Source of the DNA: Phaeosaccion multiseriatum
Taxonomy: Eukaryota > Protista > Ochrophyta, other classes
Assembly: GCA_965112735.1 (NCBI GenBank)
Contig: OZ218952.1
Location: 1,550,001-1,614,000 of the forward strand
Reading direction: 5' to 3'
DNA length: 64,000 nt
Shown: positions 10,719 to 24,221 of the stretch, piece after piece
How positions within the stretch are numbered: position 1 is the first letter of the stretch
Layout: each line of letters opens with the position of its first letter
The notes under the pieces: model-generated
The model's input: the letters and a program-made list of their open reading frames with translations, nothing else
Database searches by the model: none
Told to the model about the DNA's origin: nothing
Program-made: the position numbers and the translations under genes

Positions 10719-13700
10719 GCCGGCATCACTGGGCCCGGTGCTGCTACCTGGTCTGTCCGTTGACGAGTCCTTGGCGATGGCGGTGGGGGTGGCGGTGGCG
10801 GGGGGCGCTTCTGTCTTCCCCTGCCCCTGGCTACCTCGAGCTCCTCTTGTGCCTCTCTTGCCACGCTTCCTACTATTATTGTTCCTCCTTCTCTTCCCAC
10901 CACCTGTGCCCTGGCCCTTGGCCTTGCTTGCCTGGTCGCGATAGTCCACCACAAGTAGCAGAATCTGCATACAAACAGAGTGAGGGGAGGAGGGAAGGAG
11001 GGACGGACTGGCCATTGAGGGTGATAGGGACGCAAAAGACAAGACACACACACACCCAGTCAGACAGTCAGACAGACACACAAACATAGAAACAGACAAG
11101 ACAGACAGACCGACAGAGAGAGAGAGAGACAGACAGACAGACAGGCAGACAGACAGACAGGCAGACAGGCAGATGGACAGCTAACCAACCACCCTACCTT
11201 TCTCAAGTTGCTGCTGTGCACAGTTACAAAGCCCGCCACCTTGTTGCGGAACTCTCCGATGCCGAAGTTGAGCGGCACCTGCGCAGTGCACATCCCGTGT
11301 ACACGAGCCACAACAATTTGGCGTTACATTCCCAGACACAAAGGTGAGGAGGAGGAGGAGGAGGAGGAGGAGGAGGAGGGGGGAAGGAGGAGGAGGAGGA
11401 GGAGGAGGAGGAGGAGGAGGAGGAGGGGGAAGGAGGAGGAGGAGGAGGAGGAGAAGGAGGAGGAGGAGGAGGAGGAGGAGGAGGAGGAGGAGGAGGAGGA
11501 GAAGGAGGAGGGGGGGGGGGGAAGAGGAGGAGGAGGAGGAGGAGGAGGGGAGGAGGAGAAGGACGGAGAGGGTGAAGTAGAGTGATACACGTGTGTGTGT
11601 GCGTGTGTGCGTGGGTAGGATGAAGTGTGTGCGGTGCGGTTGGGTGGGGGACAAGAGGGGGCGGAGCGAGAGGTTACAAAGAGGGCATACAGAGGGGGCG
11701 TGAGAGCTCTTTCGGACTCGGTAGGGAGCAGGGTAGTGTATTCGGGGTAGGTGGGGTAGTATGTCCAAACCAATCCTCCTCCTCCTCTTCCCTCTTCCTC
11801 TTCCCTCCTCTTCTCTTTCTTACTCATTCTTCTTCCCTTTCTCCGCTCTCAGCCTCCCTCACCTTTAGCACCATGAACTTTGCGCTCGCCTTGAGCCGTT
11901 CACAGATGTCGGACAGAGCCACATTGGAAAGGAAGAGGTCTATCGCCGGGGCCTCCTTGTAGCCTGGCCCGCCCCAGGGGGGATCCAAAAACACCACAGC
12001 ATCGTTCACCGATGGGGACTGAAGAAAAAGGGGAGAAGAAGAACACAGACGGAAGGCAGGAACAGCAGCGTTGATGCGTTGGTGGCGCAAGTAAGCACCA
12101 GGTATGCACACGTTAACACATACATGAACACACACACCAGCACGATACACACACGCGCGCACACACACATACATACAAAAACACATACATACACACGCAC
12201 ACAACACAGACACAGCGATGCACACATGCACACATACACACACCTCTTCTTTGGTCAAGAAGTCCACGATGTCGTCGTTAAAGAAGCGCATCTCCGTATT
12301 TTGGCCATCCGCTGCCATCCCTGCCGTGGCCACCCCTACATTGTGCTGCAGCAGCTCGAAGCGGTCGCTGTCGATCTCGACGGCCCACACGCGTCTGAAG
12401 AACTGAAGCATAGTGCAAGCAAAGAAGAAGGCGACGGATGAGGGATGGGGCGAATGGGTGGATGGCATACCGCACGCACAGCCGAGAGAGAGAGAGAAAG
12501 GGAGATGCAAGCAAGGGGCCGGCGGAGCCGAGGGTGGAGGATATCAAAGGGGGACAGCAGGGTGGGGTGCGGGGGTGGGGGGTGAGGAAGAACCGCTGAG
12601 TGGGGACACAGAGAGAGAGAGAGCGTGAGAGGGGAGGTGGAGAGGGGGGAAGGAAGAGGGGGAGAGCAAGGGGTAGGGCAAGGGGGAAGCACCACTGCCC
12701 CTGTCACTGTGGCAATGTGCATGCCGTTTGTCGTCATCCATCCAACTGAGAAAAACTAACGACGGCCCTCTTCTCCACGACTCACGCACCTGAGCAAAGC
12801 TAATGACATTGCCCCCCACGCAAGCGGTTCCGTCGATGACGAGTGTGTCCTCATCCACACCGTCTAGCCCCTTCACGATGGAGGTGATGTTGTCTGCCGT
12901 CTTTTGGTCCGTCACCGAGTACAGAGACTCGTCGTCGAAGCGAAGCTGCCCCCGCTGCTCCGCGGTCTGTGTAGTAGGAGTGGTGGTGGTTGTAGTTGTT
13001 GTGGTGGTGGTGGTTGTTGTTGTTGTTGTGGTGGTGGTGGTGGTGGTGGTGGTGGGGAGTCGTGGGGAGTGGTGGTGGTGCAGGGGAAGGAGAGAGGGAG
13101 GGAGGGGCGAAGTAGGCAAAACGTGTGTGTGTGTGTGTGAAAATATGCCATACCGAGAGACGGGGAGGGGCAGAAAGGAATGAGACCTTCCCACACACCC
13201 CAGGCTGGGGACTCCCTCCGATAAGCAAGGAAAACGCCACAAACGGGGTGTGGTCTGTAATCCGATGTGATGTAATCAGATTGATCCCCAAATGGATAGA
13301 GGGAATCGCGAATCTTCGCCGCACAGAGCACCACCCGCTCCAGCCCCTCTCACCCTCTCCTGCAGATGATCTGCCCCCCACTCCACCTCACTTCACTTCG
13401 ACCTCGACCCCAACCTTGACTTCTTACCAACTTGTTGAAGAGGAAATTGATCTTCCCCTTATCAGCAGAGCTGTACAAGCGTCGCCCCTCCGGCGACAAG
13501 TGCGAGTCCTCCGCTGCCATCTCCCCCCCCTCCATCCCTCCTGCCCCTTCCTGCAGCAAGCTCAGAATGGACGAGAAGTCTCCCTCTAGTCCAGCGCCCC
13601 CGCCCGCCGCCCATCCTCCTGCTTCTGCTGCGTAGGCCATGTCTGTATAGCTGCCGTAAGGATACTGCTGCTGCTGCTGATGCCCCCCCCCCCCCCCTCC

Positions 13701-14061
13701 TCCCACCATTCCAACGCCGTAGTCATATGGGGCGTACCCACCTCCACCGCCAGGAGCGTTAGCCATGAGGTCCTGCGGTTGCTGCAGGCTGCCATGCTGC
13801 TGCGAAGAGGGAAAGAGTCCCCCCCAGCTTGCCTCCCCCTGCCGCTCCGGCAGTGAAGGAGGCCCCAGCAGATGCTGCATCCCAGGGGGGAGCATCACCC
13901 CCGGGGGGGGCGCAGTCTGCGGCGCGAGAGGAGGGCTGAACTCGAAGGCAGCGGCGGTGGCGTTCAGTTTGGGCCTTGCTTGCTGCTCCTCCACGCCCTC
14001 CTGACCCTCCTGGATCCCTCTCCGGGCATCGTCGTCATCCTCTTCCTGTCCATCCTGTCCT

Positions 14062-14099
<38 letters not shown>

Positions 14100-14520
14100 G
14101 TGCTCTTGCTCTTCTCGTCCGTTGCTGTCTCTCTCTTTCGTGTCCTCTTGCTTCTCACCACTGCCCTGCTTGACTTCCCCTTGTACCTCTCCATTCTGGT
14201 GCTCGTTCACGTCTCCAGCAGGTTGAAAAGGAGCCGCCACGTCATCGCCGTCATCCCGAGCAGTACCAGTGTCCCCCTCCAGGGCGGGCAGAGAGGAGGA
14301 GGGCAAGGGGGTGGTGCCCTCTGCAGGGGCCGATGGGCCGAGGAGCTGAGCCCGGAGCAGCGCCACGGCACTCTCACGCTGCTGCTGCTGTTGCTGCTGC
14401 TGCTGCTTCGCGAGCTCCTCCTGCTCTTGCCGCTGTCGATGCTGCTCCAGGGCTTCGATTTGCTGCTGTTGCTGCCACTGCTGGTGCTGGTGCTGCTGCT
14501 GCTGCTGCTGTCTTTGCCAG

Positions 14521-14560
<40 letters not shown>

Positions 14561-15065
14561 GCCACTGTTTTTGCTGCTGCTGTTGCCTCTTCAGCTGCTT
14601 TTGTTGTCTCTGTTGCTGTTGCATTTGCTGCTGCTGCTGCCATCGCTGCTGCTCCTGCCCATGCCCCTGCCCCTGCACCTGCTCTTGCAGTTCCCTCAGA
14701 CCCCTCTGAGGCTCAGGCTCGGGCGCAGGCTGCGACAGAGGAGGACTACTGTCTCCGACAGACTCGACACTCTCCTCTTCCCCTGTGCCCTTCGCACCAG
14801 CGCTAGCGCCACCCTCTGCGCCATCGACTTGGAGATGTGCTTTCAGCAAGTTTTCCGCCAGCGCGCGAGCAGCCTCGGACGACGACGACGCCCCCTGCGG
14901 CGGCTGCCCTACCTGCAGTCGATCCTTCTCGTGGTTGTCCGGCGTAGACCGCGGATGATACTCTGGCGGTGCGTGTGGTGCTTCTTGTTGGTGCTGCCCT
15001 TCAGCGGAGGTAGTTGAGGGTTGCCCGATCCTCAGCTGAGCCTTGAGCAGGCTCAGTGCATCCAT
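10398..15065 (-). CDS. TGS1: RNA cap guanine-N2 methyltransferase (Tgs1/Tgs2 family) with a long Q-rich N-terminal extension; 6 exons: 15065-13428, 12966-12790, 12402-12244, 12018-11863, 11278-11198, 10964-10398
   Basis: All exons are phase 0 with GT-AG borders. Spliced product contains LRFDDESLYSVTDQKTA, VIDGTACVGGNVISFA (SAM motif I), VWAVEIDSDRFELLQHN, VFLDPPWGGPGY and MVLKVPLNF. Confidence 0.88.
11347..11560. repeat. (GGA)n/(TCC)n microsatellite in a TGS intron
   Basis: Long interrupted GGA run. Confidence 0.95.
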
Positions 15066-15078
15066 TGCGCTGCTGCTC

Positions 15079-15113
<35 letters not shown>

Positions 15114-15517
15114 ACGATCGATGAGTGATCGCTTGACAGCTCAAGCTATGAGTGAGCAAAGTCCAAAGCTGATCAGGGGTGGTGGGAAGAGGGAGGCCCT
15201 TCCGTCATCAGCCTGGTGGCTGCCGCGTCTTGCCCTCTGTGCCCTCTCTTAGTCTCTCCTTTTTCCTTCAGTTTAGCAACTGGGGGGGGGAGCAGCTCAA
15301 CATCGACATCAAATATCGACATTCGAAATAAGGATCTTTCGATCTTTCGTCGAGATGATGTGGCTTTCTCAATAAACACTCTCCGTTAAAGACGCTCGGC
15401 TGAAAAGAGAAGGGGGTGCAAGTCGTCTTCGTAAATAGCTGCCTCACTGAGGCCCTCGGCAATTCGTATAGAAGCAAGGAGAAGCAGTGCTTCCCCTAGC
15501 TTTTGTTTGCTGTAGTC

Positions 15518-17880
15518 ATGCACCAGGTGAAGGAGAGCCTGGACAAGCTGAAGGACAGCCTGCCCTTTGACGTGTCCGATCACGAGGTATGGGTGACCAT
15601 CATAGCCGGGGTGCTCGTGGCGTGGGTCATCCTCGGCCTGCTCGTCAAGCCCAGGGGCGGCAAGTTGCCTCCAAAACTCTCCAGCGTCATCGTCCCTGGC
15701 TCGGCCAATGGAGACAGCGGAGACATTCACAGGCACCCCGAAGCACCGGCGCAGGGATTGGAGACGACCATGCCGGGAAAGCCTGACGTTCTCACTTGGT
15801 AAGACATTGACGAGGTTCTGGGGTCGGTGGAGAGGGGAGCGGGAGAGGAGAAAAAGAGTGGCAAAGCAAGGCTACTGAACAGAATAAGAGACAAGAGAAG
15901 GGAAAGACGGAAGGCCCATACCATAAGGCCACATCCCATGCCATTCCCATTACTTGATATCTCACTTTCAGCCCAATGCCCGTGGCGCCTTCCCCCTCTT
16001 CTCATCCGTTCGTTCTCCTTCTCCCTCTTCTCATCCGTTCTCTCTCCTTCTCCCTCTCCCTTTCCTTGCCTTTGCAGCTATGACATCTTCCAGTACGGAC
16101 TCAAGATAAACGCCTCGGGCAACTGCTACGGCTGGCGGCCCAAGGGAGCGGATGGCAAGGCTGGTCCCTACGAGTGGCTCACCTACCAGCAAGTGGCGGA
16201 CCGGGCCTCCGCCTTTGGCTCAGGTACATGGCTCTGACATGGCTTTGTACTCCTCTGCTCCGAGAGAATCACTGTAAACCACGCGTCCCTCTCTCACGGT
16301 GTCCTTCATCACGCACGAGCTCGCTCGTCGGTACCGTCCCTCATCTCAATCCTGTGTATCGTATGTCTGTGTATGTGAATGACCAACAGGCCTGGTGAAG
16401 CTTGGCCTCGTGCCCGATGTTGACGGCATGAAGATGCTCGGACTGTTCATGAAGAACAAGATGGAATGGGTCTTGGCGGAGATTGGTCTCTTCATGCAGG
16501 GAGGAACCACAGGTAATGAAATGGAAAGATGGAAAGAGTGACTTCCCTCCCCTCCTTCCCTCCCTCCCTCCCTCCCTCCCTCCCTCCCTCCCTCCTTCCC
16601 TCTCTGAGCACGAGTGGGGCACGGGCGGCATCTCTCGAGCAGCATGTGAAGGGGGGGTGGAGAGCCTTCGGTAGCTGCGAAGAAGCGGACGGGAACTACC
16701 GCACGCCCTCATGCCCTCACTCACACACCTTCGCTGACTCTCTGCGGTTCTGACTGGCGCTGTGCTATGCCTTGCTGTATCACCAACTGCTGTGCTGCGC
16801 TCAACTGCTGTGTTGTGTTGTGCTGTATCACCAACTGCTGTGCTGTGCTTAGTGCCCATCTATGACACACTGGGGCCGGACACTTTGGCCTTCATCATCA
16901 AGCAGACAAGCCTCAAGTGCATCGTCCTCGACCCGTGAGTCAATCAGGCAGGCAGGCAGAGGGACTGAGGGACTGAGTGAATGAGGGACTGAGCGAGTGA
17001 GAGAGGGAGGGAGGGAGTGAGTAAGGGACTGAGTGAGTGAGTGAGTGAGTGAGTGAGACTGAGTGTCACTACCACCACCACTCACAACCACCACCACCAC
17101 CACCACCACCACCACCACTCTCAACCACCACCACCTTCTACACCACCACCTGTGCCAACAGGACTGAGGTCGGAGCTGCCCTGGAGGCGAAGGACGAGTG
17201 CCCCACCCTCAAGGCGTTGATCCAGACGGGCCTTGTGTCGGAGGAGACGAGGGCGGCGGCGGCCGCCAAGGGCATCACTGTGCACTCCTTCGAGGACATT
17301 GTTGATGCTGGGAAGGAGAGCCCGCTGGAACACAAACCGCCTAGGCCAGAGCAAGTAAGGCGAGGTGGTCAGGGGGTGAGGGGGTGAGGGGTTGAGGGGG
17401 TGAGGGGGTGAGGGTGGGGTGCGATTGGGTGTTGTGAGAGCGGGTAGGGAAGGTGAAGGTGATGATGATGAGGTGGGGAGGGATGGTTTGGGTGGGGTGG
17501 GGTGGGGGAAGAGGAGAGGAAAGGCGAGGAGGGGAGGGAAGAGGATGGGGAGAGGAGAGGGTGGGAGAGGAGAGGATGGGAGGGGAGAGGAGGGAAGATG
17601 GAGGGGATTGTGAAGTGCTTTGGCTTTGTTTTCTTGTCCCACGGAATGAATTGAGTGGGTTTATGATAGCGGTGCTCGTTTGCCTCTTTATTCCCGTCCC
17701 CTCGTGTTGGCTGTCTCGGCACCCATCCTTCTCTCCTCCCCCCTCCCCCTCCCCTCCTCTTGCCACAACTCAGGTGGCGACCTTCTGCTACACATCAGGC
17801 ACCACAGGTAGGCAAAGAGAGAGATAGAGATAGAGAGAGTCTTCTTTGTTGGTTGATTGGCACACTACACTACACACAAG

Positions 17881-17924
<44 letters not shown>

Positions 17925-18357
17925 CCCGCCTCCCTGCCCGCCTCCCTGCCTGCTGTCTGAGCTCGACCTCTCCTCCTTGTGCTGCCATCGACCGACCCTG
18001 TTCCTGTTCCTTACACCTCCCCCAACTAAGTGACTGACCCGACAACCCAAACGAACCCCCCAACCTCTCAACCCAAACCTAGACCAACCCACCTTCTCTC
18101 CCATTCTCCCGCCCTCCCTCCCTCCCTCGCTCCCTCCCTCCCCAGGCAACCCCAAGGGCGTGATGCTAACCCATGCCAACTTTGTGGCGTGCCTGGCGGG
18201 CGCTAACCGCTGCGGCTTGGAAATGGTGAAAGATGACGTGCATCTCTCCTACCTCCCTCTCGCGCATGTGCTCGAGCGCCTGGTGCAGGTGCGTGCGTAC
18301 TCGTCGTGTGTGTGTATGTGCGTGCGTGCGTGCGTATGTGTGCGTGTGCGTGTGCGT

Positions 18358-18392
<35 letters not shown>

Positions 18393-21300
18393 GCGTGTGC
18401 GTGTGTGTGTGTGTGTGTGCGTGTGCTTGTTTGTGTGTGTGCGTGTGCGTGTGTGTTTGTGTGTGTGCTTGTGTGCGTACGTACGTGTGTGTGTCCCGTC
18501 TCCCCTTCCCTTCCCTCAACCCCTCCCTCTTCCTGCCCCTCCCTCAGGCCTCCATGCTTTCGGGTGGGGGCTGTATCGGCTTCTACCAAGGAAACACTCT
18601 AAAGCTCATGGAGGACTTGAAGGAGATTCGCCCCACCGTGTTCCCCTCCGTGCCAAGGCTCCTCAACAAGGTCGGTTGCAGCAGCGGTTCAGTTTGCGGT
18701 TTCAGTTCCAGTTTCAGTTTCAGTTTATTCGTCGTCCTCCGAGGGGGTTTCTCTACAGCGTCGGACTGACTGACTTACTCAATCACTCACTCACTCACCG
18801 ACCGATTGAGCTAACTCACTCACTCAACTACTTCATTGACAAGTGTTTTGCCTCTCGTCTCGTCTCATCAGGTTTACGACAAGATTAGTGCCAAGTTCGG
18901 CTCCAAGCCCATCCTCAAGATGCTCACCTCCAGCGCGCTCAAGAGCAAGGTCAGACAACCTCAGAGAGGGGGGGGGGTGGTAGGAGGAAGGGGAGGAGGA
19001 GGACGAGGGCGGGGACGACGGGGGGGAGGAGGAGGAGGAGCAGTGAGGAGGAGCAGGAGCAGTGAGGAGGAGCAGGAGCAGGAGGAAAAGAAGGAGGACG
19101 ACGACTACACAGGACTACCGCAGAGTCGTACGAAGGAGCTTTTGACCCTTGCCTTCTCAAGTCTCGTCCTTTCTCACTCCCTTGTCTCGCTGTGCTGCAC
19201 ACGTCCTCCCCATGATCTGTGACTCCCGTACTACCACCTGGTGCACATACTCATACATCACATACATAGGTGGCTAGCCTGAGGAGCACTGGAGCGCTGA
19301 CGCACCCTCTGTGGGACACGCTGCTCTTCAACAAGGTTGCCGCCGGAGTGGGCCTTGACAGGTGACGAGAGAGGAGGGAGAGCGCTTGTGTGTGGAGAAT
19401 GAGTTTCCTGTCCTCTGTAACATACGTGCACACGTGCTGTGTGGTTAACTCAACTCTTTCCTCCTGTGTCTTCGTGTGTGTGTGCATGTGTGTGTGTGAT
19501 GTGCGCATGTGTGTGCGTGCGTGTGTTTCTCTTGGACTCCAACGAATGAAGGTGTAAGCTCATAGTGACGGGAAGCGCCCCTATCCATGGAGAGGTGCTG
19601 GACTTCCTCCGTGTCGTCTTCAAGGTCAATGTGGTGGAGGGGTATGGGCAGAGTGAAACGGCAGCCAGCGGGACGCTCACGCATATTGACGCGGTCACCT
19701 CGGGACATGTGGGCTGCCCCAGTCCTTCTATTGGTGAGGAAAGGAGGGAGGGGAGGGAGGGGGGGGGGAGAGGGAGGGAGGTGGAGGGAGGGAGGGAGGG
19801 AAGGGGAGGGGGGAGGAGGGAGGGAGGGAGGGAGGGATATGTGGGGAGGGAGGGGAGGGAGGGAGGGAGGGGAGGGAGGGAGGGGAGGGAGGGAAGGAGG
19901 GAGGGAAGGGGCGCTAGGGAGTCCAACGCGAAAGCTCTCAATCCCCATCTCAAAGAACCTCCAACTCAAGCTCAAACTCAATTTCCCCCCTCCCCCCTTC
20001 AGAGGCGAAGCTGGTGTCAGTGCCGGATATGGCATACCTTGTGACGGACACTGTGCACAACGAGGGGGAGGAGGACGAGACACCGTGTGTGGGCAGGGGG
20101 GAGATCTGCTTCCGAGGGCCGGGGGTCTTCAAGCACTACTACAAGGTGTGTGGATGTTAAAAGAGGGAAGGGGGGTTGGGTGGCACACACATCGGTCGAT
20201 AGATACACACACGCGCACACACGCGCACACACACATGCACACATCAACGTACACGCACATTCACCCCCCCCTCCACACTCCCCCCCACCCCCCCCCCTCC
20301 ACCCCACTACATCCTCCCCCTCCCACCTACTCACACAGGACGAGGCCAAGACGAAGGAGACGATCGACTCGGAGGGCTGGTGTCACACCGGAGACATTGG
20401 AATCTGGCTCACAGATGGCAACCTCAAGATCGTGGACCGCAAGAAGAACATGTTCAAGTTGGCGCAGGGAGAGTACGTGGCCGCAGAAAAGATCGAAAAC
20501 GTCTACATTGCCCTGCCAGAGCTCGCGCAGGTGGGTAGGGGAGGGTGTGGATGTGGGTAGAGGTGGGTGTGACTGACTGTGGCATGTGTGCACCAATCTA
20601 CACCGTACAACCAACCAACCAACCAACCAAACAGCGACCCCGCCCTCCCTCCGTCCCTCCCTGCGTTTCTCCCTCCCTCCCTCCCTCTCTCGCTCCATCC
20701 ATCCATCCCTCCCTCCCAACCCAACCACACCCAACCACACCCAACCACCCCAACCCACTCCTGACACCAGGTGTTCGTGTACGGAGACAGCCTCCAGTCG
20801 TGCCTGGTGGCCGTTGTGGTGCCCGAGTGGGATGAGCTGCTCAAGTGGACTGCCAGCAACGGCATCGACTCGACGGACCGCGAGGAGCTATGCAAGGACA
20901 AGAGGGTCATTGCCTACATGCTGAAGGAGATGACAAAGGTGGGTGGGTGGATGGGTAGTAAGTCAATGGGTGCTGGCGTGCGTGGGTGGGTGGGTGGTTG
21001 GGCATGTGTGTCTGTGTTGCTGCGTGCGGTTGGGCGTGGTTTGGATGGTCTGGTTAATCATCTCTCTTCCCCCCCTCTCTTACTCTCTCCCTCTCTCCTC
21101 CCTCCCTCCCTCCTTCCTCCCTCCCTTCCTCCGTCCCTCCGTCCCTCCCTCCCTCCCTCCCTCCCTCCCTCCCTCCGTCCCTCCGTCCCTCCCTCCCTCC
21201 CTCCCTCCCTCCCTCCCTCCCTCCCTCCCTCCCTCCCTCCCTCCCTCCCTCCCTCCCTCCCTCCCTCCCTCCCTCCCCAACAACAACCCAACAGCTGGGC

Positions 21301-21474
21301 AAGGAGAGGAAGCTCAAGGGCTTTGAACTGGCCCGAGCCCTGCACTTGAGTGCCGAGCCCTTCAGTGTGGAGAATGACCTGCTCACCCCTACTTTTAAGC
21401 TGAAGCGGCACCAGGCCAAGCTCGCCTTCAAGGACGAGATTGGCAGTCTGTATGATGCCATGCCCAAGAGATGA
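15518..21474 (+). CDS. LACS: Long-chain acyl-CoA synthetase (AMP-binding, ACSL/LACS type), multi-exon, with an N-terminal membrane anchor
   Basis: Exons give [19 protein letters not shown] (TM), [109 protein letters not shown] and [11 protein letters not shown]; TGA at 21472-21474. Confidence 0.96.
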
Positions 21475-21766
21475 GCGCGGGAGAAGAGTGAGAGGCAAAA
21501 GGAAGAAACAGAGGAGCTTGTGTGATGCCATGCCCAAGAGCCGGAAGAGGGACAAGAGGAAGAAGGAGGAGCAGCGGTTGAGGCCCCTCCCTGCCCCTTC
21601 CTTTCTGGTAGGTAGGGAGGGAAGAGTGTGGATGCTGCCTACCCGTCTGCCGTCCTCTGTCCGCTGCCAATGCGAGAGCGGAGTGCGGAAGGAAAGGATG
21701 AGATGTATGATCCATCCCCAAGCTACACACCGTGCCAAGTGAAGCAAGAGAGAGGCAGAGAGAGAG

Positions 21767-21804
<38 letters not shown>

Positions 21805-22129
21805 CGAGCGAGAGGCGAACGACTCCGATGACGGCTGCGGCGAGAGACATCTGATTTGTACGTGACAACGCCAAGCAGGCACGGCAGCAAAGGGTAGTCA
21901 GTGGGTGGAGTGAGTAGGATAATGAAGGGGTGGGGGGGAGTGAGCGGAGGGGGACAAGTCTTTATACAAGTGCGGGTTGAAATGAATGAGAAAAAAAGAC
22001 TTCTAATTAAAACAAATAGTTTCTAGCTATATAGCTGAGCATCACACGTTGCTCCTGCTGCGCCTCCACCATGAATAATAAATCCGCGTCTACTGTAGCT
22101 AGTAGGCAATGTCCCCCCCAAACTCAGAC

Positions 22130-23891
22130 TCAAACCCTGGGGTTGGAGTTGACCCTGTCCAGTTGCATGACTGGGCACACAGGGCCACACACTCCACAGT
22201 CGTTCTCCAAGTAGTAACGGTATTTGAAGCCACTTTAAAAAAGGTTCAGAGGAGAGAAGAGGAGAGGAGAGGAGAGGAGAGGGGAGGGGAGGGGAGGGAA
22301 GGAGAGGGAGGAGAGGAGAGGGGAGGGGAGGGAAGGAGAGGGGAGGGGAGGGGTTGGAAGAGGAGAGGAGCGGGGAGGAGAGGGGACAGGACCAAGCGAC
22401 GAGAGGGGATGAATGACTAGAGGAGAGGAGAAAAGATATGACAAGGTGATGATGACAAAAAGCCTGTGTTGGTGTCGCGTCCCTTCCTTCTTTGCACAGA
22501 TCCAAGCTGGCAAAGGGTGTCTGTCAACTTACCGGTACCACCAGTAGAGGGCCTTTTGACCGGCGATGATGCCCCTATTCACCCAGTTTCTGAGCACCAG
22601 CTCCACGCAGCCATGCAGGTAGGTTGCCCTCCCATCTGTGCACCGCGCAAGTAAGTGTGCAGTAGGCAGGTAATTGAGTATCAAGGAGGCAGGAGGTAAA
22701 TTGGTATTACGTGGGTGGGCAAGAAAGTATAGGGGGGGGAAAGGAAGGACTGGGGTGGGGGGAGGACTCGTCAGGACTTGTGGGGTGTCAGGTGTTAGGT
22801 GGCCTAATGAGGGCTGTACTGCAAAACTCACCCCATCCGTCTCCTTCGGGTCCGGTGCAGGGGCAGAAGTAGTTGATGAGGAAGAAGATGCGCCGGTCCG
22901 TCCATTGTGACTCGTAGTGGCACGTATCAGCCCGCCCCCCGAGCTGGAGCCTCCTGCCCTCCTCGGAAGTGTCTTCCTCCTGCCCGAGGAAGCTTTGTGG
23001 TTCGAGTGCTGCCAAAGAGCGCCTCTCGATTTGTGTCTCGTCCGCCGGCTGCTCACGCGCATTGCTGCCTTCCTTCATCAGCTTCTGAACGGAATCTCGG
23101 TGCTGCTGCTGCTCCCGCTGCTCCTCCTCTTGCTGCGGCTCCAAGATCAAGTCGTAGTCGAACATCTCGAGCATCTCCGAGATCAGGGCGTCATCTTCTT
23201 CCTCCTCCTCAGTGTAGTGGACCTCGGTGAGGTAGGAGGAGTCAAAGTAGGAGCCGTCCTTGTACGCACTGGATGGGTACCACAGGGAGGAGGGGATGGA
23301 GACGTCCACGTCCCACATGCTTTCGAAGGACTCCAGCCCGTCAGCGTTGCGGCTCGCATGCCACGCAAGGTGGCTCCACAGTCTCTCCACCTCTTCCAGA
23401 TCCTCCTCAGCCTTGACGGGGATGGAGGAAGCGGTGGTGGTGGTCATCCGAAGGAGCTCCTGGACGTCGGGCCGGAGCAGCCATTCGTCAAAGGTCGACG
23501 CAGCCCCAAAGACAGGGGGCACCAGGAGGAGACTGTCCGGCGTATCGGTGCTCCACCACGTCCTGCTTCGGCTGCTGCTGCCGACAGAGGGGCCATCCTG
23601 GTCCAGAGCCGTAATCACGTCGTGGAAGAGCTTCGTCTTGAGTGGGTGCTGTTCCGCCGTAAAGGAGAGGCTGCTCCATAAGCCGAGGACAGCAGGATCA
23701 GCGTCAAGGAGGATGCTGCCGCCCTCGAAAAGAGGACTAACGTGCTCAAGGCTCGGAACCCCTCGACGCCCCCCCTCCTCCTTGGACAGGATTTCACGCT
23801 GGAGGATCTTCTCGTCGGAGGAAGCAGCAGTAGTGACAAGTAGAGCCGCCACCGCTATGCAGCGCTGCATCGTCCTCCAATACGAGAGCAT
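22130..23891 (-). CDS. Hypothetical secreted precursor: signal peptide, acidic pro-region, RRL site, Cys-rich C-terminal domain; exons 23891(or 23870)-22832, 22635-22533, 22232-22130
   Basis: MQRCIAVAALLVTTAASS looks like a signal peptide. Two GT-AG introns join in frame to give ...EGRRLQLGGRADTCHYES...FCPCTGPEGDGWDGRATYLHGCVELVLRNWVNRGII...RGFKYRYYLENDCGVCGPVCPVMQLDRVNSNPRV*. Confidence 0.7.
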
Positions 23892-24221
23892 CTCTACGTC
23901 TTTGGAGTTGTCAGCGCTCCCAAGCAACGCTGGTTAACTCCTTGGAAGGGAAAAAATCGTCCCCTTTTCCGCGGGAGAACGGCTCGAAAATCACGAAAAT
24001 CACCAACACCTGCAGTAAAGATCACAGATTGTTTGAAGTTGAGGCTAATAAGTCAATAAATAAATAATCTCTCGCACTCCGCTCTCGCATTGGCAGTGGA
24101 CAGAGGCCGACAGACGGGTAGGCAGCCTCTACACTCTTCCCTCCCTACCTCCGCCACCGCCACTGCTTCTGCTTTCTGCTGCTGTTTCCCATTCCCAGGC
24201 AACCATCCTGTCCGGGTACCC

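Noticed and set aside
21453-21540. 18-bp repeat TGATGCCATGCCCAAGAG at the LACS stop and 70 bp downstream
   Set aside because: Real, but best explained as a small local duplication; no TIRs or other sign of an element between the copies.
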